Of a stretch of DNA of 64,000 nucleotides, positions 8,512 through 19,848 are shown piece by piece. Origin of the DNA: Alphaproteobacteria bacterium (GTDB lineage: Bacteria; Pseudomonadota; Alphaproteobacteria; UBA8317). The stretch covers positions 52,262 through 116,261 of the forward strand of contig JAYPQH010000037.1 in NCBI GenBank assembly GCA_038131935.1, read 5' to 3'. A program made the position numbers and the translations under genes. Position 1 is the stretch's first letter. Every line of letters starts with the position of its first letter. Below the pieces are notes generated by a model, which did no database searches, had not been told where the DNA came from, and worked only from the letters and a program-made list of their open reading frames with translations.

Positions 8512-10305
8512 ATGTTGTTAGAAAATGGACCAAGTGCTTATTGTCGTCGTCTGCCTGATGCGAAGGTGGTGTGGGATGGAAATGTCTTACGTTCAAAAGA
8601 ATTTGATGACATTTATTTTCATGTGGGAGATGGTCTGGCAGAAACATATCATGTTTTTTTGGACGGCACAGATTTTGTTCGTAGATTGCATCCTTCATCT
8701 GTGCATCATGTTATCGAAACAGGGTTTGGGACAGGGCTGAATTTTTTGGCAACCTGGTCATGTTTTCGAGAACATGCACCTTCCACGGCAAGGCTGCGTT
8801 TCGCATCGATTGAGGGCTATCCCCTTGAGCTCGATATGCTGAATGACATTCACAAAGTTTGGCCTGAACTGGGGGAGCTTACACGTGCCTTGCAAGCTAA
8901 GATGCCTCCAAGATGGCGTGGTGTTCATCATTGCTTTTTCGATGGAGGACGGGTGGAATTGATCCTTATCTATGCACCTATTGATGAGGTGTTGGGCCAT
9001 TATGATCTCAAAGCGGACACTATTTTTTTGGATGGATTTTCGCCATCAAAAAATCCTGACATGTGGTCAGAAAAAGCATTAACAGCTTTGGCTGATAGCC
9101 TTCTTCCAGAAGGCCGCTTGGCAACATTTACAGCGGCAGGTCATGTGCGCCGCCAGTTGTCTGCTGCTGGTTTGCAGGTCGATAAAAAACCAGGGTTTGG
9201 GCGAAAGCGTGACATGACCTGCGCCACCAAGCCTGGCGGCAAAAAATTGGTTCGATCTAACTCTGAGGTAAATATCCTTGGAACAGGTATTGCTGCTGTA
9301 TCAGTTGCCCGACAACTTAGCCATTTTGGGTTGAACCCAACGCTTTTTGAGCCTGCTGGTGAGTTATTTGTGGGGGCATCTGGAAATGGAGTTGCCAATC
9401 AATTGCCACGTTTAGGGTTGGACAATTCTCCCGCCCATCGTTTTGCGCAAGCAAGTTTTGCCTTTGCCCGTGGTTGGGCTACCGATGAAGGTTTTTGCCT
9501 CGGTCAATCAGGCGTTCATCTTGCTACAGATGAAAAGAGCCACAAACGGTTTCAAACGATTTCTGAACAAAACTGGCCAGAAGATTACTTGGTTTTTATT
9601 AAGGGCGATGCATTGCATAAGCTCGTGGGCTTCTCTCATCCTTGGGGTGGTCTTCTGCACCGAAAAGCAGGGTCTGTAGATGTCCGTGGATGGTTAGCTC
9701 ATGCGCTATCACAATGGGAAGTAAAATTTGGCTGCCCAGAAAAAGATGACGAAAAGCTTTTGGTGATCGCACAAGGTAGCAAAAGCAAACAACATTACCA
9801 CGACCTTCAACCCTACCTACCATTGCAATATCCCGCTGGACAAATTTCAATAATGCCAAGCCAAGGCTTGGTAGGAGACATAGCCTTATCATATGGTGGT
9901 TATTTCACCCCAGCTAAGGATGGAGAACATATTTTTGGCGCGACATTTGAGCATAACCGTCTCGAGGATAACCATACAATTAACCCCTTAGGTCATGAGC
10001 ATAACTGGTCTTTATTGCCCTCAGAACTTCAAAAATTGTTAGGGCCATTCAGCCCTCATGATCTCAAAGGAAGGGTTTCGTTCCGTGTTTCAGCTAGGGA
10101 TAGGCTGCCTGCAATCGGTCGTCTGGATGAACGGCGTTATCTTATTACAGCTTTAGGATCACGTGGTATGACATATGGGCCTTACGCAGGCTACCTACTC
10201 GCTTGTGATATCATGGGTTATCCAAGTTTTGCACCTCTTGATGTCCAGCAATCTCTTGATTGGCAACGATTTGCCCGCCGCGATAAACAGCAAGCTGTTC
10301 TTTGA
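8512..10305 (+). CDS. mnmC: Bifunctional tRNA mnm5s2U34 biosynthesis protein MnmC
   Basis: FDDIYF, ETGFGTGLNFL, FLDGFSPSKNPDMW, ATFTAAG, GFGRKR, then FAD domain with GASGN and LGSRG. Confidence 0.9.
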   Translation: MLLENGPSAYCRRLPDAKVVWDGNVLRSKEFDDIYFHVGDGLAETYHVFLDGTDFVRRLHPSSVHHVIETGFGTGLNFLATWSCFREHAPSTARLRFASIEGYPLELDMLNDIHKVWPELGELTRALQAKMPPRWRGVHHCFFDGGRVELILIYAPIDEVLGHYDLKADTIFLDGFSPSKNPDMWSEKALTALADSLLPEGRLATFTAAGHVRRQLSAAGLQVDKKPGFGRKRDMTCATKPGGKKLVRSNSEVNILGTGIAAVSVARQLSHFGLNPTLFEPAGELFVGASGNGVANQLPRLGLDNSPAHRFAQASFAFARGWATDEGFCLGQSGVHLATDEKSHKRFQTISEQNWPEDYLVFIKGDALHKLVGFSHPWGGLLHRKAGSVDVRGWLAHALSQWEVKFGCPEKDDEKLLVIAQGSKSKQHYHDLQPYLPLQYPAGQISIMPSQGLVGDIALSYGGYFTPAKDGEHIFGATFEHNRLEDNHTINPLGHEHNWSLLPSELQKLLGPFSPHDLKGRVSFRVSARDRLPAIGRLDERRYLITALGSRGMTYGPYAGYLLACDIMGYPSFAPLDVQQSLDWQRFARRDKQQAVL

Positions 10306-10314
10306 TCTTTGGGC

Positions 10315-11196
10315 TCAGATGCGTGCACGTCCAACTTTTGATCCATTGGCTCTCTCCAGAACAGAACCAATCCATTGTCCCGTCCTGATGAGGCTATCAA
10401 GATCAATACCTGTATTGATACCAAGACCTTCCAGCATGTAAACAACATCCTCGCTGGCAACATTACCTGATGCACCTTTTGCATAGGGGCACCCTCCAAG
10501 CCCACCAACCGAGGCATCAATGATAGAGATATCTTCTTCGAGACAGGAGAGTATGTTGGCGAGTGCTTGGCCATAAGTATCATGAAAATGCAGTCCAATG
10601 CGATCGACGGGTACGACCGTTTTGACGGCTTTGATCAATGTCCGTGCTTTGTATGCGGTTCCTACACCAATCGTGTCACCCAAAGATATATCATGCGCAC
10701 CATGCTCAAGCATCCATTCTGCTATTTCAACGACACGAGATACGGGAACCTCACCTTCATAAGGGCAACCAAGAACACAAGATATATATCCGCGTATACG
10801 AATATTTTCGGCATTCGCCATCGCCATGACAGGAGCGAACCGCTCGAGTGATTCAGCAATAGAGCAATTGATATTTTTATGTGAAAAGGTTTCACTGGCG
10901 GCGCCAAATACTGCTATATGGTCTGCGCCCGCTGTTATGGCGGCTTGTAGGCCTTTCATATTGGGGACAAGAACAGGAAACCGAAATGGTTCATGGGGAA
11001 GGGCTTCCAAAATAGTATCTGTGTTGGCCATTTGAGGTACCCATTTGGGTGAAACAAAACTACCCACCTCAATATGAGGGCAGTTGGCGGCCCGTAATTT
11101 TTCAATCAAGGTAAGACGCGTTGCAATATCCAAGGCTTTAACTTCATTCTGAAGGCCATCGCGTGGACCCATTTCAAATATTGTCATGGCTGTCAT
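10315..11196 (-). CDS. liuE: Hydroxymethylglutaryl-CoA lyase
   Basis: EMGPRDGLQNE, SFVSPKWVPQM, HFHDTYGQALAN, GLGGCPYAKGASGN. Confidence 0.95.
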   Translation of the reverse strand: MTAMTIFEMGPRDGLQNEVKALDIATRLTLIEKLRAANCPHIEVGSFVSPKWVPQMANTDTILEALPHEPFRFPVLVPNMKGLQAAITAGADHIAVFGAASETFSHKNINCSIAESLERFAPVMAMANAENIRIRGYISCVLGCPYEGEVPVSRVVEIAEWMLEHGAHDISLGDTIGVGTAYKARTLIKAVKTVVPVDRIGLHFHDTYGQALANILSCLEEDISIIDASVGGLGGCPYAKGASGNVASEDVVYMLEGLGINTGIDLDSLIRTGQWIGSVLERANGSKVGRARI

Positions 11197-13177
11197 GATG
11201 CTGTTTCCAATGTCATTAGGGTTTGGCCTTCATGCACTTGGTCTCCCTCGTTGACGCGTATATCATCAACAATAACGGTTTGTGGTGCACGAAATGTGGT
11301 GATAATTTTCATGGCCTCCATGGTAATCAATGGTGATTGAGAGGCGACGATATCACCCTTCCCGACATGAATTTGTGTGATCTGACCAGGAATTTCTGCT
11401 CGAATGATATTGTCCATTGCCAAGTCATCTTGTTGTTGAGCAAGCGCATCAAAAATCTCAAAAGACCAGCTTCCATCTACCGTTTGAACAAACACGGTAT
11501 TTTGGTGTCTCAGGACATACCCGTGGGTTGGTTGACCATCGAGGCAGATGGATAATCTTTTGTCCATAAATCCAGAGATTTCGGCGAATATTTCTGCGCC
11601 TTCTGAGTCTATGATCATGTAGCCATCTTTTTGGGGAATAAGGCTTAATGTGCAGGGGTGACGTCCCACAAAGTTGATGTCATGGCGTGGGTTCATGTTC
11701 AACGCCCAATCCCAACTTCGTAAATAGGGATTATGGTTATCAATGGGGTCTGGGTTTTCTTGGCTTGTTTTTCAGAGAAAGAGGGCCGCCAGAACCTGTG
11801 CTTGGAGAGATTGATCAGAGCGCGACGTGACTTGTTCAAGATGTTCATCAATAAAGCGTTGACATTTGCCCTTGTTGAAAGACTTCTGTTGAGAGCAATT
11901 GAAGAAGGAAATCACGGTTGGTGTCTATTCCTGCTACAAATGTTTGAGCCAAAGCCTCTTTCATGAGCGTGATAGCCTGAGATCGATTGTCTGCGTGAAC
12001 AATCAGTTTGGCGATTAAAGAATCGTAAAATGGAGATATTCTATCTCCCGAAAACACCCCGCTATCGATACGAAGACCATCCATTTGGGGAAACTCAAGT
12101 GCAGAAATTTTCCCCGTTGATGGCCGAAATGCCTCATGAGGCACTTCTGCGCAAAGTCGAACCTCAATGGCATGACCCTGTGGCTTTAGAGTGTGGCTAG
12201 GGGAGTTTTTCCCTTGTGCGATTTGTAATTGCCAAGCCACCAGATCTAGGTTTGTAATCATTTCGGTGATGGGATGCTCTACCTGTAGCCTTGTGTTGAT
12301 TTCAAGAAAATAAAAGCAATCATCTTCATCTAATAAGAACTCAACTGTGCCCGCACCTTGATAACCAATTCCTGTTATTGCTTTGCATGCGGCATCACCG
12401 ATTTGCTCCAATATATTGTCGGGAATAAAGGGTGCGGGGGCTTCTTCAATGACTTTTTGATGTCTGCGTTGAAGTGAACAGTCGCGCGTAAACAAATGCC
12501 GCACCCCACCATGGGCATCTGCAAAGACTTGGACTTCAATATGCCGAGGGTTAGGCAAAAATTTCTCAATCAGGACATGAGCATCCCCCGAAACTGGTAG
12601 AGGCCTCTTGACGGGCTGCAAGAATGGCTTCTTTTGCATCGTCACCATCGCGCACCAAGCGCATGCCTCTGCCTCCACCTCCCGCGACGGCTTTGATCAA
12701 AGCAGGTCGACCAATTTCCTCAATTGCTGCACATAATTTGTCACTATTTTGGTCATCACCATGATAACCAGGAAGGGTAGGGACTCCAGCTTTTGTCATG
12801 AGTTGTTTTGCCATGGCTTTATTGCCTAGAGCATCAATCGCATCGGCGGGTGGGCCCACAAAAATAAGACCAGCTTCTTGAATGGCTTGGGCGAAGCTGG
12901 CCCTCTCTGATAAAAATCCATACCCTGGATGAATAGCATCAGCGCGGGATAATCTCGCTGCTTGCATGATATGATCACTATTTAAGTAAGACTCAGTGGC
13001 TGGGCTGTTTCCAATACATACAGCCTCGTCTGCATAACGGACATGGGCCGCGTATCTGTCAGCTTCAGAAAAAACGGCGATGGTTGTCATGCCCAATGTT
13101 TTTGCTGTTTTCATAATGCGAATAGCGATTTCACCACGGTTCGCAACCAAAAGACGTTGAATAGATTTATTGGTCAT
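11193..13177 (-). CDS. liuD: 3-methylcrotonyl-CoA carboxylase alpha (biotin) subunit, interrupted by two frameshifts and one in-frame TGA
   Basis: ANRGEIA, HPGYGFLSE, GGGGRGMR, RDCSLQRRHQK, EINTRLQVEH, biotin site EAMK; lesions at ~12587 (extra G), ~11856 and TGA 11772-11774; ATGA overlap with liuC. Confidence 0.88.
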
Positions 13178-13959
13178 GTGATTGTTACCCATGAAGGTTT
13201 TTCTTTCGCAAAAAATGCCTGAAGGCCGTGCTGGGCCTCAGGTTCCATTCGTTTATCTGCAATGCGTCGCGCTGTCTCTTCCGACATATGCGTATCAATG
13301 GGTTTTTTATGCACCCATTGCACCAAAGCCTTGATATCTTGTTGTGCTTGGGGTCCACCTGCCAAAAGCTTGGTAAGTAAATCATGACAAGCATCGTCAA
13401 GATTGTCTTCTATGGCGCCCACAAGCCCAAAAGTTTTTGCACTTTGGGCATCAAATTTTTCTCCCGTGAGCATAAGGGCTTTGGCATGCCGAGGCCCCAT
13501 AGCTTCCACAACAAAAGGGCTGATGGTAGCTGGTGTGAGCCCAAGTCGGACTTCTGATAAGCAAAAAAGACTTTCAGGATGTGCTATGGCAAAATCACAT
13601 GCCGCCACCAAGCCAACACCACCGCCGAATACGGGGCCGTGTGCTAAGCAAATTGTTGGTTTTGGGAATTTGTAAAGACGTTCAAGCATTTTTGCCAATT
13701 TTCGTGCATCATCGAGATTTTCTGAATGGTCAAAATGAGCCATGGACTTCATCCAGTGTAGATCAGCACCGGCACAAAATGCACGCCCCGAACCACGTAA
13801 AACCAACGCGCGAACTTTTGTGTCTTCTGCTAAGCATATCAGCTGCTGATCTATTTCTGCGATCATCGATGCATCAAACGCGTTATATATTTCTGGGCGA
13901 TTGAGTGTTAGCCAAGCAATTTGTTGGCCATCTCTTTCCATATGTACATAATGGTTCAT
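13174..13959 (-). CDS. liuC: Methylglutaconyl-CoA hydratase (crotonase family)
   Basis: LNRPEIYNAF, FCAGADL.WM, GGGVGLVAACD, SEVRLGL.PATISP; located in liu operon. Confidence 0.9.
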   Translation of the reverse strand: MNHYVHMERDGQQIAWLTLNRPEIYNAFDASMIAEIDQQLICLAEDTKVRALVLRGSGRAFCAGADLHWMKSMAHFDHSENLDDARKLAKMLERLYKFPKPTICLAHGPVFGGGVGLVAACDFAIAHPESLFCLSEVRLGLTPATISPFVVEAMGPRHAKALMLTGEKFDAQSAKTFGLVGAIEDNLDDACHDLLTKLLAGGPQAQQDIKALVQWVHKKPIDTHMSEETARRIADKRMEPEAQHGLQAFFAKEKPSWVTIT

Positions 13960-13971
13960 CCCAGCCTCCCT

Positions 13972-15579
13972 TCACATTCGGAAAACGCCAAATGCTGTGT
14001 CTTCAATGGGTGCATGCTGCGTAGCCTTTAACGATAGTGCTATGACTTTTCTGGTATCTAAAGGGTCAATAATGCCATCATCCCATAATCTTGCTGAAGC
14101 ATAATAAGGATGGCCTTGTTCCTCATATTGAGCTGTAATCGGCGCTCTAAATTTAGCCTCTTCCTCTGATGTCCATTCTTCTGAACGGGACTCCATTTGA
14201 GCTTTTTTTACTGTTGCCAACACGTTAGCGGCTTGTTCACCTCCCATGACAGAAATACGTGCATTGGGCCACATCCATAAAAATCTTGGAGAAAATGCAC
14301 GCCCACACATGCCATAATTCCCTGCCCCAAACGAGCCACCCGTGATGATTGTTATCTTGGGAACCTTCAACGATGAAACTGCGGTTACCAATTTTGCCCC
14401 AGCTCGCACGATACCTTCATTTTCATATTTTTTGCCCACCATGAAACCCGTGATATTTTGCAAAAATAGGACGGGTATTTTTCTTTGTTCGCAGAGCTGT
14501 AGGAAATGGGCGCCTTTTTCTGCAGCCTCAGCAAAGAGGATGCCATTGTTCGCTAATATGCCTACTTGAAATCCCCAAATTTTTGCAAAACCTGTGACCA
14601 AGCTTGTTCCAAAGCGCGCTTTGAATTCATCAAATTCAGATCCATCAACAATCCGTCCAATCACTTCCCGGATATCAAAGGGTGTACGGAGATTATCAGG
14701 TATAATTCCATAAAGGTCTGAAATATTTAGTTTGGGGGGTTTGGGATCATTCTGGGTAAAGGCTGGGTATTTGGTGTCGGGTAAGGTGGACACAATCTGG
14801 CGTATAATTGCCAACGCATGCAGATCATCTTCTGCAAGATGGTCACAGACGCCGGAGAGACGGGTATGAACGTCACCACCTCCAAGTTCTTCCGCGGTTA
14901 CATCTTCTCCTGTGGCAGCCTTCACCAATGGCGGACCTCCCAAGAAGACTGTGCCCTGATCTTTAACGATGATGCTCTCATCAGCCATCGCAGGCACATA
15001 AGCGCCCCCAGCTGTGCAAGAGCCCATCACAGCTGCAATTTGGGCAATGCCTTGGGCAGACATGTTGGCTTGATTAAAGAAAACACGGCCAAATCCATCT
15101 TTGTCAGGAAAGATCTCGTCCTGTTTGGGCAAAAAAGCCCCTCCTGAGTCAACAAGATATATGCATGGCAAACGGTTTTGAGCCGCAATTTCTTGCGCGC
15201 GCAAATGTTTCTTTCCTGTCAATGGATAGTAGCTGCCTCCTTTTACGGTGGCATCATTGGCAAGAATCATGACTTGACGTCCAGAAACCTGTCCAACTCC
15301 TGCAATCAACCCAGCGGCGGGGACATCATCATCATACACTTTCCACGCTGCAAATTGGCCGATTTCCAAAAAGGCAGTGCCTTGGTCCAAAAGCTTTTGA
15401 ACACGGTCGCGAGGAAGCAATTTGCCCCGCTGTACATGTTTTTTTCTAGCATGCTCTGGGCCCCCGCGTGCGATCACTTCAACGTTCTTGCGCAGATCCG
15501 ATACAAGCTGTGACATCGCCTCGTGATTTTGCTGAAATTCAGCGGTGCTGGGATCAATTTTTGTCAGGATAACAGCCAT
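13972..15579 (-). CDS. liuB: 3-methylcrotonyl-CoA carboxylase beta (carboxyltransferase) subunit
   Basis: [51 protein letters not shown]. Confidence 0.96.
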   Translation of the reverse strand: MAVILTKIDPSTAEFQQNHEAMSQLVSDLRKNVEVIARGGPEHARKKHVQRGKLLPRDRVQKLLDQGTAFLEIGQFAAWKVYDDDVPAAGLIAGVGQVSGRQVMILANDATVKGGSYYPLTGKKHLRAQEIAAQNRLPCIYLVDSGGAFLPKQDEIFPDKDGFGRVFFNQANMSAQGIAQIAAVMGSCTAGGAYVPAMADESIIVKDQGTVFLGGPPLVKAATGEDVTAEELGGGDVHTRLSGVCDHLAEDDLHALAIIRQIVSTLPDTKYPAFTQNDPKPPKLNISDLYGIIPDNLRTPFDIREVIGRIVDGSEFDEFKARFGTSLVTGFAKIWGFQVGILANNGILFAEAAEKGAHFLQLCEQRKIPVLFLQNITGFMVGKKYENEGIVRAGAKLVTAVSSLKVPKITIITGGSFGAGNYGMCGRAFSPRFLWMWPNARISVMGGEQAANVLATVKKAQMESRSEEWTSEEEAKFRAPITAQYEEQGHPYYASARLWDDGIIDPLDTRKVIALSLKATQHAPIEDTAFGVFRM

Positions 15580-15580
15580 G

Positions 15581-16801
15581 TTAAGCGCTCATCTCAAACA
15601 ATTGCCGGCCAATCAACATACGGCGGATCTCTGAGGTGCCCGCACCGATTTCATAGAGTTTAGCATCGCGTAGCAAACGCCCTGTTGGATAATCATTGAT
15701 GTAGCCATTACCACCCAAAGTTTGAATGGCTTCAAGGGCCATCCATGTTGCTTTTTCAGCGGCATACAGAATGACCCCTGCTGCATCTTCCCTGGTGACC
15801 TGGCCACGATCACAAGCTTGTGCAACAGCATATACATAGGATTTCGTAGCGTTCATGGTTGTATACATATCCGCCAATTTACCTTGCATGAGCTGAAATT
15901 CACCAATGGGGCGACCAAACTGTTTTCGTTCATGAAGATAGGGCATCACAACGTCCATACAGGCTTCCATGATACCAATAGGACCGGCAGCAAGAACAGC
16001 ACGCTCGTAGTCAAGTCCTGACATCAATACGTTCACCCCACGGCCCAAACCACCTAAAATATTCTCTTCAGGCACTTCACAATCTTCAAACACAAGTTCA
16101 CCAGTGTGAGAGCCTCTCATGCCTAACTTGTCCAATTTTTGGGCAACTGAGAATCCAGGAAAATTTTTCTCAATGATGAAAGCTGTAATACCACGTTTGC
16201 CAGCCTCAGGATCAGTTTTGGCATAAACAACCAAGGTTTGGGCATCTGGGCCATTGGTAATCCACATTTTGGAGCCGTTAAGAATATAGCGATCACCTTT
16301 TTTTTCAGCGCGGAGTTTCATGGAAACAACATCAGAGCCCGCAGCTGGTTCGGACATGGCAAGGGCACCAACGTCTTCACCGCTTATCAAACCTGGTAAG
16401 TAACGCTTCTTTTGCTCGTTGGTTCCATTAAGACGGATTTGGTTCACGCAAAGATTTGAATGAGCTCCATAAGACAACCCAACAGATGCTGATGCGCGAG
16501 AAATTTCTTCCATGGCAATAACATGTTCGAGATAACCTAGACCCGTACCACCGTCTTCCTCGGGTACCGTCATCCCCAAAAGCCCCAAATTGCCCATCTT
16601 TGACCAGAGATCCATAGGAAATTCATCTGTACGGTCAATAAGTGAAGCTCTAGGTGCAATTTGTTGGCTTGTGAATTCTCTTACTGATGTGCGGATCATA
16701 TCTGCTGTTTCGCCCAAGTGAAAATCAAATCCTTGGTCTGGTCTTGGCAATACCACCATATGGTGGCCTGTGTTATGGCCCAATTGTTCCTGCTCACCCA
16801 T
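15581..16801 (-). CDS. ivd: Isovaleryl-CoA dehydrogenase
   Basis: [41 protein letters not shown]; GGAGG RBS before ATG 16801. Confidence 0.95.
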   Translation of the reverse strand: MGEQEQLGHNTGHHMVVLPRPDQGFDFHLGETADMIRTSVREFTSQQIAPRASLIDRTDEFPMDLWSKMGNLGLLGMTVPEEDGGTGLGYLEHVIAMEEISRASASVGLSYGAHSNLCVNQIRLNGTNEQKKRYLPGLISGEDVGALAMSEPAAGSDVVSMKLRAEKKGDRYILNGSKMWITNGPDAQTLVVYAKTDPEAGKRGITAFIIEKNFPGFSVAQKLDKLGMRGSHTGELVFEDCEVPEENILGGLGRGVNVLMSGLDYERAVLAAGPIGIMEACMDVVMPYLHERKQFGRPIGEFQLMQGKLADMYTTMNATKSYVYAVAQACDRGQVTREDAAGVILYAAEKATWMALEAIQTLGGNGYINDYPTGRLLRDAKLYEIGAGTSEIRRMLIGRQLFEMSA

Positions 16802-17096
16802 GGTTTCCTCCTGTTGATTATGCTGACATTCTATGGTCGCATTTTTGCTGTACACGCCTAGGATCTTGTCAACATTTTGATACCCATCTGCATGACATAT
16901 GCCTCTAGAAAAAAGCTACCGTCAAACCACAAAAGCATTTCAAACCACACAAACGGGGTTCTTCAATCTTTGCTTGCTGACAAAAAAGCCAGTTGGGTTT
17001 GGCTTTATCTCCAGCTGAAACGTAAAATTTAGTTTTGATGGATTGCACTCGGCGTTTCTTCAGGCCATGGTGGAGCAAATTTTTTGGGAGGAAGAT

Positions 17097-17986
17097 ATGG
17101 CAAAAATTGTTTTCTTTGGTTTAGGTAACATGGGACGCCCCATGGCACATAACTTACGCAAAGCGGGCTTTGAAGTGATAGGTCACGATGTCATGCCCAA
17201 TGCTTGCGCAATGTTTCAAGATGAGGGCGGCGTGATAGCGGATGATCTCCCTCAATCCCTCTCCCAGGCCAACTTTGTGATTTCTATGTTGCCTGCTGGG
17301 CCTCATGTACGCGCACTGTATGAAGATATTATTCTTGGCCATGTTTCAGCTGAAGCTGTCTTGATTGATTGTTCAACCATTGATGTGGAATCCGCACGCG
17401 CTGTTGCTGACATGGCCCAACAGAAAGGACTGGATGTCTTAGATGCTCCTGTTTCAGGCGGTACGGTTGGTGCTGAAAATGGAACGTTGACGTTCATGGT
17501 TGGTGGTGCCGAGAAAGCCTTCATTCGTGCTCGTGAGGTTCTTGAAGCTATGGGTAAGAATATCATTCATGCAGGCGGTGCTGGAAATGGCCAGGCTGCC
17601 AAAATTTGTAACAATATGATGTTGGGCATCCAAATGATTTCCGTCGCGGAAGCGTTTAATTTGGCAGAGGCGTTGGGCTTAGATGCGGAGAATTTGTTCA
17701 ATATCTCATCAACTTCATCTGGCCAATGTTGGTCACTTACCAATTACTGTCCTGTTCCAGGTTTGGTGCCAACAGCCCCATCCAATCGGGATTATCAACC
17801 CGGCTTTTCTGCAAATATGATGCGCAAGGACTTAGGTTTGGCAGAGCAAAGTGCGCTGTCATCTCATGTGGCCACTCCATTGGGTGCGCAAGCGCTCTCC
17901 TTTACAAGATGTACTGCGCCGCAGGTGGCGGTGAGGTCGATTTTTCTTCCATTATCCGCTTTTTGCGTAACGGTCAGACACAGTAA
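17097..17986 (+). CDS. mmsB: 3-hydroxyisobutyrate dehydrogenase (frameshift near 17900)
   Basis: GLGNMG.PMA, DAPVSGG, AKICNNM, SSGQCWS..NYCPVPG; the canonical C-terminus DFSSII lies in the alternative frame ending 17986. Confidence 0.92.
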
Positions 17987-17995
17987 GGAAACATA

Positions 17996-19051
17996 ATGTC
18001 TCATTGCCAAGTTGTTCAAAACGGATCCATCCTTGAAGTCACCCTTGATAGACCCAAGGCGCTCAATGCGATCACTATAGAGATGATTGATGAAATCATC
18101 TTTCAACTCGACCGCTTACAACAAGAAGATCATCTCGTAGGCATGGTATTGCTAGGCGGTGGTGGCAAAGCGTTCTCTGCCGGAGGGGACGTTCGTGCGG
18201 TTTATGACGATGGGCATCAAAACCCTCATCTTGCACCATCTGATCAAACTGCACAGTTTTTTCTGCGTGAATATCAGATGAATTTGGCACTACATCGCTC
18301 TGAAAAACCAGTTGTTTCATTGGTTGATGGCATTGTCATGGGGGGTGGTGTTGGCCTCTCATTTCATGGTGCACGTGCTGTGGTGACAGAGAATGCTCTG
18401 TTTGCCATGCCCGAAGTCGCTATTGGCTTTGTGCCTGACGTTGGCGGGACTTATGCACTTTCCCACTGCCCTGGAAAACTGGGCCTACTTCTGGGTGTCA
18501 CAGGTGCCCGTTTGAAGGGTCGCGAGATCCTTGATGCCCAATTGGTGCATGGGTTTATACAATCGGAGCATTTGGAGGTCTTGAGAGAGAAGTTATCTCG
18601 TGCCACAAGCCCAGAAAATGTTCTTGAAATAACAGATGCGCATATTGATCGTGAGCGACGTGAATTTCCTGACCTGTCCGTGATTGACCAGGCCTGTCAG
18701 GGGAGTATGAATGATATGGCAGAAGCCTTGAAAAATTCCGAGCATCCTTTCCTTCAAAAGGCCTATGCAGGTCTTACCCGTGGCAGTCCATTGGCATGTC
18801 ATGTTGTGCATAAACAGCTTACCTCTGGACTTGGTCAAAACCTCGTCGATGCCCTGCGTCTCGAATATCGCCTTGTGGTTCGCATGTTACGTAAAAAGGA
18901 TTTTTATGAGGGTGTTCATGCCGTCCTGGTTGATAGATCCCATCAGCCAGAATGGCTCTACCCCTCAATATCCGATGTTCCAGAGTCGGAACTATCAGAT
19001 ATTCTGGAGCCAATTGATTTGCCCGATTGGGATCCTGACAAACGTTACTAA
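17996..19051 (+). CDS. 3-hydroxyisobutyryl-CoA hydrolase (crotonase family)
   Basis: [50 protein letters not shown]...P.W. Confidence 0.9.
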   Translation: MSHCQVVQNGSILEVTLDRPKALNAITIEMIDEIIFQLDRLQQEDHLVGMVLLGGGGKAFSAGGDVRAVYDDGHQNPHLAPSDQTAQFFLREYQMNLALHRSEKPVVSLVDGIVMGGGVGLSFHGARAVVTENALFAMPEVAIGFVPDVGGTYALSHCPGKLGLLLGVTGARLKGREILDAQLVHGFIQSEHLEVLREKLSRATSPENVLEITDAHIDRERREFPDLSVIDQACQGSMNDMAEALKNSEHPFLQKAYAGLTRGSPLACHVVHKQLTSGLGQNLVDALRLEYRLVVRMLRKKDFYEGVHAVLVDRSHQPEWLYPSISDVPESELSDILEPIDLPDWDPDKRY

Positions 19052-19848
19052 CGGGGTTTCACCTTCATAGCTGTTTTTTGTGCAAAGGCTTCAAGCCGCT
19101 CTCTTGAAGCCTCTTGCGTATTAACAACACCGGCTATGAAAGCCTCCGCAAAGTAAGCTTCAAGTGCAGGCATGGACTGAATATGTGCTATCCCAGCGGT
19201 GATGGCATGGTTTGAAAGAGGGGGGTTGCTTGAGGCTTGATGGGCCAACTCAACGGCCTTTTCAAGGCTTGGTCCTTCAACAAGATATTGGCACAAGCCT
19301 ACATCAACAGCCTCCTGTCCGTGGTAAACACGACCAGTGAGCATCATGTCCACCATGCGGGCGCGACCAACAAGGCCCGCTACACGAACCGTAGCGCCAC
19401 CACCTGTGAAGATGCCCCTTTGTCCCTCTGGTAAGGCAAAGTAAGTGGTTGGATCAGCCACCCTTATATGAGCAGCACTGGCTAGTTCTAAGCCTCCGCC
19501 AACAACAGCACCTTTCAGCGCAGCAATTACAGGAACACCACCATACTCCATTTTGTTGAATGCATCATGCCACTTTTGGCAAATACGGGTGAATTCAGCT
19601 GCGGATCTGTCTTTATGATAATGTTCTACCAGATCAAGTCCTGCACAAAAATGATCGCCTTGCGCATGGAGGACCACTGCACGAATGCCAGAGGTAGGAA
19701 TTTGCCCAAACAAGGTTTGTAACTGTGTCACAAAGTCTTCATCCAAAGCGTTGCGTTTGTCTGGGCGTGATAAGGTAACAATGGCGATGTCACCATCTTG
19801 GGTGACTTGGATATATTTAGATGAAAGTTTTTCCATAACATTATCCAT
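19048..19848 (-). CDS. dmdD: Methylthioacryloyl-CoA hydratase (DmdD)-like crotonase
   Basis: [52 protein letters not shown] and VNTQ...[11 protein letters not shown] match my recollection of Ruegeria pomeroyi DmdD; not database-checked. Confidence 0.78.
   Translation of the reverse strand: MDNVMEKLSSKYIQVTQDGDIAIVTLSRPDKRNALDEDFVTQLQTLFGQIPTSGIRAVVLHAQGDHFCAGLDLVEHYHKDRSAAEFTRICQKWHDAFNKMEYGGVPVIAALKGAVVGGGLELASAAHIRVADPTTYFALPEGQRGIFTGGGATVRVAGLVGRARMVDMMLTGRVYHGQEAVDVGLCQYLVEGPSLEKAVELAHQASSNPPLSNHAITAGIAHIQSMPALEAYFAEAFIAGVVNTQEASRERLEAFAQKTAMKVKPR

Noticed and set aside
11772-11774. In-frame TGA as evidence of stop-codon reassignment or selenocysteine
   Set aside because: TGA clearly terminates many genes here (ATGA overlaps at liuC/liuD and fadD/ABC ATPase), and this is a single case at a non-catalytic site
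17011-17026. LiuR operator (ACGTAAA half-site) between ivd and mmsB
   Set aside because: Only one half of the TTTACGT-NN-ACGTAAA palindrome matches, and no liuR gene is in the window
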